From the NCBI GenBank assembly GCA_037481775.1, contig JBBFKZ010000030.1, forward strand, positions 1-14,594: a DNA stretch of 14,594 bases, read 5' to 3'. The position numbers and the translations under genes were made by a program. The notes beneath the pieces were generated by a model. It saw only the letters and a program-made list of their open reading frames with translations, did no database searches and was not told the DNA's origin. The stretch comes from Candidatus Bathyarchaeia archaeon. GTDB taxonomy: Archaea; Thermoproteota; Bathyarchaeia; Bathyarchaeales; Bathycorpusculaceae. Positions 7,969 to 14,594 of the stretch are shown in pieces; the first letter of the stretch is position 1; each line of letters opens with the position of its first letter.

Positions 7969-9239
7969 GCCTTGCTTCCCTCCAGTTCGCGTGGATCAGT
8001 TATTCTTCCTGTTACTGCGGACGCGGCAACCGTGGCTGGAGACGCCAAGTAAACGTTTGCTTGTGTGCTGCCCATTCTGCCTATGAAGTTTCGGTTTGAC
8101 GTGCTTATGCATGTTTCGCCTGAAGCCAACAAGCCTATGTGCCCGCCTAGGCACGGGCCGCATGTGGAGCCGCAAACCATGGCGCCTGCCTCCGTGAAAA
8201 CTTCTATTAGTCCTTCCTTTAGCGCTTGCAGGTAAACTTCCTGCGACGCGGGAATTACCAGCGCCCGCACTCCTTCCTTGATTTTTCTGCCCTTCAAGAT
8301 TTCTGCTGCAGCACGCAGGTCTTCAATTCTGCCGTTAGTGCAGGAGCCAATAAACGCCTGCTCTATCTGCACGCTGCTCATTTCCGAAGCGGGTTTCACA
8401 TTGTCAACCGATGGTGGACAAGCGACCTGCGGCGCCAAATCTGACACATCGATGTCCACGACTTTCTCATACGCGGCGTCAGCGTCGCTTCTCAAAGACT
8501 CGAACGGCATCAGCGGCTTAGCGGTTCTTCCTTCCAGGAATTTGCGTGTGGCTTCGTCTGGTTCTACTATGCCGTTTTTCGCGCCCATCTCCACGGTCAT
8601 ATTGCACAAGGTCATTCTGCCGGCTACACTCATGCCGCGTATGGTTGGTCCAGTGAACTCGACGCTTTTGTATGTTGCACCATCAACGCCTAGCTTGCCA
8701 ATTATGTGCAGTATTAGATCTTTAGGCGCAACGTACTTTTGGAACTGGCCTGTCACGTTTATTTTTATGGCTTCAGGCACTTTTAGCCAGATTTTGCCTG
8801 TGGCGAAGACTGCCGCTGCCTCTGTTGAGCCTATGCCCGTTGCGAATGCGCCGAAGGCTCCGTAAGTGCATGTATGCGAGTCTGCGCCTAAAATGACTGT
8901 TCCCGGCAGCACATGTCCCTTCTCGGGCATGACTTGATGGCATATGCCGCCTCTTCCTACGTCGTAAATTCGTATTTTCTGTTCTTTAGCGAATTGACGT
9001 AGCATCTTGTGCAGTTCGGCGGCTTTGACGGATTCAGCGGGTACTTGATGGTCGAGGATTATCACTATCTTTTGGTTGTCCCAGACGCGGTTAACGCCTA
9101 TGCGTTTGAAGGCTTCGATGGCTAATGGCCCGGTTAAATCGTGGATCATAACCATGTCCACGTCAGCGTTCACTATCTCGCCTGGGCTTACCACATTTTT
9201 GTTTGAGGCTTTTGCCAAGATTTTCTCAGTTATATTCAT
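7965..9239 (-). CDS. leuC: 3-isopropylmalate/citramalate dehydratase large subunit
   Basis: MNITEKIL, DHQVP, GICHQV, ADSHTCTYGA, [4Fe-4S] ligands GSCTNGR and CGPCLG, STSNRNFIGRMG. Confidence 0.96.
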   Translation of the reverse strand: MNITEKILAKASNKNVVSPGEIVNADVDMVMIHDLTGPLAIEAFKRIGVNRVWDNQKIVIILDHQVPAESVKAAELHKMLRQFAKEQKIRIYDVGRGGICHQVMPEKGHVLPGTVILGADSHTCTYGAFGAFATGIGSTEAAAVFATGKIWLKVPEAIKINVTGQFQKYVAPKDLILHIIGKLGVDGATYKSVEFTGPTIRGMSVAGRMTLCNMTVEMGAKNGIVEPDEATRKFLEGRTAKPLMPFESLRSDADAAYEKVVDIDVSDLAPQVACPPSVDNVKPASEMSSVQIEQAFIGSCTNGRIEDLRAAAEILKGRKIKEGVRALVIPASQEVYLQALKEGLIEVFTEAGAMVCGSTCGPCLGGHIGLLASGETCISTSNRNFIGRMGSTQANVYLASPATVAASAVTGRITDPRELEGSKA

Positions 9240-9293
9240 GTTTTCTTACTCCTTCCATGTAACTTTGTTAAATGGGAAAAAAGGGAGGTTGAT

Positions 9294-9809
9294 TTACTCC
9301 TCGATTTTAATCGAGTGTGTGCCCCGTGCCAATGCTGTTATCCCTGTTCGGGCGAGTTCTATTATGCCGTAGGGTTTCATGAGGTTGAGGAAGGCTTCTA
9401 TCTTGTCGGATGTGCCAGTAATCTCTATTATTAGGGTTTCAGGTGAAACGTCAACTATGTGTCCTCGGAAGACTTCAACGCAGTTGATTATGTCCGTGCG
9501 GGTTTTAGCGTCAGGCGCACTAATTTTAATTAGCGCGAGTTCGCGGGTTACGATGTTTTCAAGTTCTAGTCTGCCTACTTTAATGACGTCGATCAGCTTG
9601 TTCATTTGTTTGACTACTTGCTCCAGGGTTTTTTCGTCGCCGCTAACAGTTATGGTCATTCTGGCTACGTCTTTCTGTTCTGTGTGGCCGACTGTTATGC
9701 TTTCTATGTTGAAGTTTCTTCGGCGGAACATGTTCGCCACGCTGTGCAGTACGCCTGGCTTGTTCTCAACTAAAGCGGCTATAACAATTGTTTTTCTGTT
9801 GTTTTCCAT
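9294..9809 (-). CDS. ilvN: Acetohydroxyacid synthase regulatory (small) subunit
   Basis: ACT motif [50 protein letters not shown] overlap with ilvB and GGTGA RBS. Confidence 0.96.
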   Translation of the reverse strand: MENNRKTIVIAALVENKPGVLHSVANMFRRRNFNIESITVGHTEQKDVARMTITVSGDEKTLEQVVKQMNKLIDVIKVGRLELENIVTRELALIKISAPDAKTRTDIINCVEVFRGHIVDVSPETLIIEITGTSDKIEAFLNLMKPYGIIELARTGITALARGTHSIKIEE

Positions 9810-11521
9810 TAGTAATCACCTATTTGCTGGCCTAAGCCGCATCCCGGGGGCACCATTGGCGCTACGTCCTCTTCAGAGTTTATGGGCACGTCTATGACGG
9901 TGGTTACCGTGCTCTTCAGCGCCTGCTTCACTGCCTTTTCGAATTCGGCAATTGACTCAACTCGGAAGCCTTGAGCACCATACGCTTCTGCAAGCTTGAC
10001 GAAGTCAGGCGATCTGCCAAGCTTTACTGCCATGTAGCGCTTCTTATAGAAGAGGCGTTGCCACTGGGCGACCATGCCGAGGACGCCGTTGTCGAGGACG
10101 ATGACTGTGACGGGGATATCCTCTACTACACTGCACGCTAATTCCTGCTCGGTCATGATGAAGCTACCGTCTCCTGCAATGTCCACTACGTGCCTGTCGG
10201 GGCAGGCTGTTTTAGCGCCTATCGCAGCGGGGAAACCGAAGCCCATCGTGCCTAGGCCGCCGCTGCTTATGAATGTACGCGGTTTCAGGGCTTTGAAGTA
10301 AAGCGCTGCCCACATCTGATTCTGCCCAACTTCCGTTGTGACGATTGCGCTTTCTGGCAGTAGCTTGCGCAAAGTTTGCAGCAGCCGCTTAGGTTTCAAC
10401 TCGCAGTCTCCCGCTTTCTCCGGCGGATTAAGCAGTTTCCTCGCTTCATTGATGCGTTGAAGCCATGGGCTGTCTGTTCTCTTTTTGACCTGCTTGATTA
10501 GCCGCTCGTATATGGCGCTTAGCGCTTGTTTTGCGTCGGCGACAATGGGCACGTCAACTTCAATGTTTTTGCCGATTTCCGCGGCGTCGATGTCGATGTG
10601 GATTTTTTTGGCTTCAGGGCAGAACGAGTCCAAGTTGCCTGTGGCACGGTCGGCGAAGCGTGTGCCCACGGCTAAGAGCACGTCCGACTCCAACAACATT
10701 TTGTTGGCAAGGGGATTACCGTGCATACCGATATTGCCCAAGCTGAGCGGGTGTATCTCAGGGAAGCTGCCTTTACCCATGAACGTCGTAGCAACTGGCG
10801 CCAGAAGTAACTCTGCCACTGTTAACAGCTCGTCTGAGGCATTTGCGGTTATGACTCCGCCACCTGCTAGAATCACAGGTCGTTCTGCTTCAATCAGCAG
10901 CTCCACGGCTTTGCGGATCTGCAGCGGATGCGGCGCGCCAGCAAGGCGGTAACCGCGTAAATCAACTTTACAGTCGAAGCTGACTTCGGCCACTTCGGTT
11001 TGCACGTTCTTCGGAAAATCTATCAGCACCGGGCCGGGTCTCCCCGTTGTTGCGATGTAGAATGCAGCGCTTACTGCATGTGGAATCTCAGCAGCTGAGC
11101 GCACTTGATGGTTGTATTTAGTTATGGGCATCGTAATGCCTATGATGTCTGCTTCTTGGAAAGCGTCTCTGCCTATCACATAGCTGCTGTTGACGCTGGC
11201 AGAGGGAACTTGGCCAGTGATGGCTACGACAGGCGAGGAATCCATGTGTGCATTCGCTATGCCCGTGACCAGGTTAGTGGCGCCTGGGCCGCTTGTGGCG
11301 AAGCAGACGCCAGGCATACCTGATGCTCGGGCGTAGCCATCAGCTGCATGTGCAGCGCATTGTTCGTGTCTAGCGAGTATATGCCTTAGTTTCGGGTGGC
11401 GGCACAACTCATCGTAGACAGGTAATATGGCTCCGCCGAGGATGCCGAAGATGTGTTTGACGCCTTGACGTTCTAGGGCTTCTAGCAGCGCGTTTGCGCC
11501 GGTCATTTTAGTTGCAGTCAT
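9809..11521 (-). CDS. ilvB: Acetohydroxyacid synthase catalytic (large) subunit, biosynthetic type
   Basis: [42 protein letters not shown], ThDP motif GDGSF..DN, GMVAQWQ. Start is probably ATG 11521 (or 11506) after GAAGGAG; the ORF extends to 11563. Confidence 0.96.
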   Translation of the reverse strand: MTATKMTGANALLEALERQGVKHIFGILGGAILPVYDELCRHPKLRHILARHEQCAAHAADGYARASGMPGVCFATSGPGATNLVTGIANAHMDSSPVVAITGQVPSASVNSSYVIGRDAFQEADIIGITMPITKYNHQVRSAAEIPHAVSAAFYIATTGRPGPVLIDFPKNVQTEVAEVSFDCKVDLRGYRLAGAPHPLQIRKAVELLIEAERPVILAGGGVITANASDELLTVAELLLAPVATTFMGKGSFPEIHPLSLGNIGMHGNPLANKMLLESDVLLAVGTRFADRATGNLDSFCPEAKKIHIDIDAAEIGKNIEVDVPIVADAKQALSAIYERLIKQVKKRTDSPWLQRINEARKLLNPPEKAGDCELKPKRLLQTLRKLLPESAIVTTEVGQNQMWAALYFKALKPRTFISSGGLGTMGFGFPAAIGAKTACPDRHVVDIAGDGSFIMTEQELACSVVEDIPVTVIVLDNGVLGMVAQWQRLFYKKRYMAVKLGRSPDFVKLAEAYGAQGFRVESIAEFEKAVKQALKSTVTTVIDVPINSEEDVAPMVPPGCGLGQQIGDY

Positions 11522-11747
11522 TTCTTTTTGCTGCTCCTTCCTTTTTATTTTGAGAATTATCACTGGGCGTATGCCCCAACAGATTGCTAGAGAAGAATTT
11601 ATTTGTAGCTGTCACGGCGGCATCAGTGTGTGCGCTAAATAAAACGGTCTGTCGGTACCCGACGATCCCAGCTATTGAGGTAGCGATCCCTCACTATATT
11701 TTTGCCTCCGTGAAACACAACGTTCCGTTAAGACTACGGGTTATTAA

Positions 11748-11762
11748 TTTAAAAAGTTTATG
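11748..11762 (-). promoter_or_regulatory. Candidate archaeal BRE/TATA promoter for ilvBN-leuCDBA-pheA
   Basis: Minus strand CATAAAC-TTTTTAAA-TTAATAA in the AT-rich part of the cimA-ilvB intergenic region. Confidence 0.6.
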
Positions 11763-11797
11763 GTTTTTGGATACTCTGCTTAAGCCTGTTGCGTCGC

Positions 11798-13330
11798 TTA
11801 TTGAGCTTTGTTGTTGTAGTCTGTTGTCAGCACGTTCATGGCGCCTAGCACGGCATCTAGGCTTGCCATCACGATGTCTTCGCGTACGCCCATGGCTGTG
11901 GCGGTTCGAGTGCCTTTGCGCATGCGCACTACAACTTCCACCATAGCGTCTGTTCCGCCAGTGATGGCCTTCACATTGTATTGTTCGAGATGTATGGGTT
12001 CCACTTCTTGAATGGCTTTCTTAACGGCGTTTATCGCCGCGTCAACTGGACCAACTCCGATGGCGGCGCCGCTGACTTCCTTTCCGTTCAGTTTCAGCCT
12101 GACTGAGGCGGTTGGCGTAACTGTGTTGCCGCTGACCACCGTTATTTCCTGTAGCTGAATTGCCTTTGTGGAGCTTAAGCCAAGCACGTTCTCGGCTATT
12201 GCCAGCAAATCTGCGTCTGTAACTGCTTTGCCCTTGTCGCCGACGCTTTTCACGCGCGCTTGAATCTCCTTCAGCTGCTCCTCGGTAGGCGTTAAGCCCA
12301 TCACAGCCAAAGCCGCCTTTAGTCCAGCTGAACCAGCATGTTTTCCAGGCGACAGTCTCCGTGTGCCACCGACGAGTTCAGGCGAAATCGGCTCGTATGT
12401 TGATGGATCCGCAAGCATGCCCTGCGTGTGGATGCCTGACTCATGAGTAAACGCGTTCTCGCCTACTATAGCCTTGTTTGGCTGTACGTAAACGCCTGTT
12501 AAACGCGAAACCAGCTGCGACGTGCTATAGAGCAGCTCCGTTTTAATGTTGAGCTTTAGTTTGTACAGTGACACTAGCGAAACTACAATTTCCTCAAGTG
12601 AAGCGTTTCCAGCGCGTTCGCCCAAGCCGTTTATGGTTGCGTGAAACTGATTTGCACCTGCCCGAAGCGCCGCGATAGTGTTCGCCACTGCCATGCCAAA
12701 GTCATTATGACAATGCACACTTATCACTGGAATGTCAAGTGATTTCCGTAGTTCCGCGAATAGCTCGTAGGAACGCTCAGGCGTCAATACGCCTACCGTA
12801 TCACATGCAACTACGCGGTCAGCGCCCGCCTCAATGCCTGTGGCGAAAACTTTCTTCAGAAACTCCACGTCTGCCCGTGAAGCGTCTTCCGCTGATAGCT
12901 CCACGATTAAGCCGCAGTCCTTGGCATACCGCACCATATCCCGAGTAATCTGCAGCACCTGCTCCCGCGTCTTCCGAAGCTTGGCGGTGATATGCAGATC
13001 CGACACGGGAATAATCATGTGTATGCTGTCCGCGCCGCTCTTCGCCACCGCATCAATGTCTCCCTTTGTGCCGCGTGCTGCGCTACAAATTTCCGCTCGC
13101 AAGCCCGCATCCGCAATGAGCTTCACGGCCTCCATTTCGCCTTCTGAAACCGCTGCAAAACCAGCTTCAATAACGTCGACGCCTAACTCGTCCAGACGCT
13201 TTGCTATCCGCAACTTGTTCTCAGGAGTTAAAGAGACTCCAGGGGTTTGTTCGCCATCGCGTAGTGTCGTGTCAAAAACTCTTATTTTCTCAGGGAAGCG
13301 GTTAGATAAAGCAATACCCCATTTTATCAC
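11798..13330 (-). CDS. cimA: (R)-citramalate synthase (LeuA paralogue, archaeal CimA type)
   Basis: DTTLRDGEQ, HCHND, HESGIH. CimA-like segments GLIVELSAEDASR, GADRVVACDTVGVLTP and KLRKT resemble methanogen CimA (recalled, not aligned). Start is uncertain: GTG 13330, TTG 13336 or TTG 13351. Confidence 0.82.
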   Translation of the reverse strand: MIKWGIALSNRFPEKIRVFDTTLRDGEQTPGVSLTPENKLRIAKRLDELGVDVIEAGFAAVSEGEMEAVKLIADAGLRAEICSAARGTKGDIDAVAKSGADSIHMIIPVSDLHITAKLRKTREQVLQITRDMVRYAKDCGLIVELSAEDASRADVEFLKKVFATGIEAGADRVVACDTVGVLTPERSYELFAELRKSLDIPVISVHCHNDFGMAVANTIAALRAGANQFHATINGLGERAGNASLEEIVVSLVSLYKLKLNIKTELLYSTSQLVSRLTGVYVQPNKAIVGENAFTHESGIHTQGMLADPSTYEPISPELVGGTRRLSPGKHAGSAGLKAALAVMGLTPTEEQLKEIQARVKSVGDKGKAVTDADLLAIAENVLGLSSTKAIQLQEITVVSGNTVTPTASVRLKLNGKEVSGAAIGVGPVDAAINAVKKAIQEVEPIHLEQYNVKAITGGTDAMVEVVVRMRKGTRTATAMGVREDIVMASLDAVLGAMNVLTTDYNNKAQ

Positions 13331-13359
13331 ACACAAACCACAACAAGACAAGTAGCTAA

Positions 13360-13376
13360 CATATAAAACTTACGAT
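13360..13376 (-). promoter_or_regulatory. Candidate BRE/TATA promoter of cimA
   Basis: Minus strand TCGTAAG-TTTTATAT, about 25-30 nt upstream of the TTG 13336 / GTG 13330 start codons. Confidence 0.6.
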
Positions 13377-13429
13377 CTACCAATCCACAGAAACCCCCAA
13401 TCACTAAAAACTCCGCTTGGCAATTCTGC

Positions 13430-13618
13430 CGCTCAATCGTTAAGTTGCTTGAGCTCAACAATTTCTGCAACCGTCATATTTGCAGCATATTAGCAATTCA
13501 TTGCAGAAACCTATAGAGGGGCTATTACGGCAACTACTAGGATGCTTGAGCGATGACCTTTCCGCGTCAAAAGTGAAGAATGCAAACGTCAAGGCTGTTT
13601 AGCTACGTGAAAAGGTCG
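13430..13618. repeat. Two adjacent imperfect inverted repeats (long hairpins) in the intergenic region
   Basis: Nested arms CGCTCAA/TTGAGCG, AGTTGC/GCAACT, TTTCTGCAA/TTGCAGAAA (13430-13552), then GACCTTTCCGCGT/ACGTGAAAAGGTC (13555-13617). Confidence 0.55.
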
Positions 13619-13644
13619 CACGAGGGGAACGCTGTTGAACGTCG

Positions 13645-14594
13645 TCACTCAAGCTGTTCCGCAGCTGTTTTTCTAGACTTTTTTAATCCTTCAAATTTTA
13701 GTTTTGCAGTTAAGATTTTCTCTGTTGCAAATAATTTGGAAGCCACGTACATGACGACTACCGTGAAAAAGGCAACATAAACTATGCCTAATACTGTTGT
13801 TGTATAATCACCCATCACGACAGCTTTCGAAGCGATTATCGGTTGACTGTATGGAATCGCAAAGAACACAGCTTTAACCACTAATGGCAGCGTGTTAATA
13901 TCCAGATACATCAACGCCATTGCGGGGATGAAGATCAATGGGTAAATGTAGCCTACCAACGCGGTTGCGCCTCGAACGTCTGATGCAAAGGCGGACATGA
14001 TCACCGCTAACGCTAAGCCTGAAAGCAACGTTGTGAAAAGCGATACGCCTAAGAGCAGATAGCCGAATGGTGAGGGCACGAGACCCAGCTTCACTAAATC
14101 TACGGATAACTCGCTTGGTATTCGTATAGTAATGGAGCCGAGCATGTAGTTGTAGCCTATCATCATTGCTACAGAGGCTATGCCAGCAACGATTATTGTG
14201 CTGGATAATTTGCCCATGAGGATGGCAAAGCGGTCTACTGGCACGGTTAGCAACGTCTCAAGTGTTTTCTCCTCTTTTTCCATAGCCACAGATGTTGCAG
14301 CTATCTGCATGGAGTACGTCAACATAATCATTATCGTGATCGGTATGGCGATGGTTTGCATCATCATCAAACTAGCAAGCATGGCAGGGTCAACTCCCGT
14401 TTGGATTTCACCCTTAATTATGGCTGACTGCGTAGCCTGCACGACATCCGGCGCTACGTACCTGTTGAAACCGCTTACTAGAACGTTAATTACGGATGAG
14501 CCGATGTCGGAGAATATGCCACCGCCTTGGAATAAGCCGTAAACGTTCACTGTGGCTTTGATATTTCGGTTGCCGTTTGTGTGTGCCGTCATAT
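13645..14594 (-). CDS. ABC-2 type exporter permease (NatB-like), 5'-truncated by the window edge
   Basis: Several hydrophobic transmembrane segments and the ABC-2 permease motif SVAMEKEEKTLETLLTVPVDRFAILMGKL. Frame is open to the window end. Confidence 0.88.
   Translation of the reverse strand, partial: MTAHTNGNRNIKATVNVYGLFQGGGIFSDIGSSVINVLVSGFNRYVAPDVVQATQSAIIKGEIQTGVDPAMLASLMMMQTIAIPITIMIMLTYSMQIAATSVAMEKEEKTLETLLTVPVDRFAILMGKLSSTIIVAGIASVAMMIGYNYMLGSITIRIPSELSVDLVKLGLVPSPFGYLLLGVSLFTTLLSGLALAVIMSAFASDVRGATALVGYIYPLIFIPAMALMYLDINTLPLVVKAVFFAIPYSQPIIASKAVVMGDYTTTVLGIVYVAFFTVVVMYVASKLFATEKILTAKLKFEGLKKSRKTAAEQLE

Noticed and set aside
6446-9239. Possible lysine (AAA) or coenzyme B homoaconitase / homoisocitrate dehydrogenase genes
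   Set aside because: The YLVL loop, the LeuB-type GETAADVIV motif and the ilvBN/leuA context favour leuCDB.
11645-11670. GGGTACCGAC in the ilvB leader resembles the T-box consensus GGTGGNACCGCG
   Set aside because: It lacks the UGGN bulge needed to pair with tRNA NCCA, and I found no recognisable stem I or terminator hairpin.
11584-11946. 120-aa + strand ORF across the ilvB-cimA gap
   Set aside because: No recognisable motifs, overlaps cimA antisense, and runs through the AT-rich promoter; likely spurious.
5551-12445. Near-identical stretches such as CGTGTGGATGCCTGA shared by two loci
   Set aside because: Explained by the conserved HESGIHT and GERAGN motifs of the leuA/cimA paralogues; not a mobile or regulatory repeat.
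5048-13355. Many long + strand ORFs (e.g. 5048-5611, 5843-6454, 8278-8865, 9379-9897, 12834-13355)
   Set aside because: Antisense shadows of well-supported genes, with Ser/Thr/Pro-rich composition and no motifs.
13352-13644. tRNA, SRP RNA, RNase P RNA, C/D or H/ACA guide RNA, or CRISPR array in the intergenic gap
   Set aside because: I could not find a cloverleaf, SRP or RNase P signatures, convincing C/D or ACA boxes, or regularly spaced repeats.
13580-13780. 66-aa + strand ORF
   Set aside because: Mostly antisense to the permease 3' end, with no motif or clear RBS.

Overview
Archaeal genomic window. TATA boxes, GGAG/GGTGA ribosome-binding sites and archaeal-type LeuB/LeuD/CimA support this; Bathyarchaeia-like is my impression only. 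It is almost entirely an amino-acid biosynthesis supercluster made of two convergent units. The + strand carries aroA (partial), aroC, chorismate mutase, a PLP class I aminotransferase and tyrA. The - strand carries cimA, ilvB, ilvN, leuC, leuD, leuB, leuA and pheA, preceded by a partial ABC-2 (NatB-like) permease. I found no mobile element, CRISPR array, tRNA or rRNA. The most interesting points are: (1) a TyrA with arogenate-type specificity residues, translationally coupled to an aminotransferase, suggesting an archaeal arogenate route to tyrosine; (2) pheA coupled to the end of the leucine operon rather than the aro operon; (3) a long structured ilvB leader with uORFs; (4) an anti-SD hairpin over the leuC ribosome-binding site; (5) nested long inverted repeats upstream of cimA. 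Comparisons with reference proteins are by eye and from memory, and need alignment to confirm.
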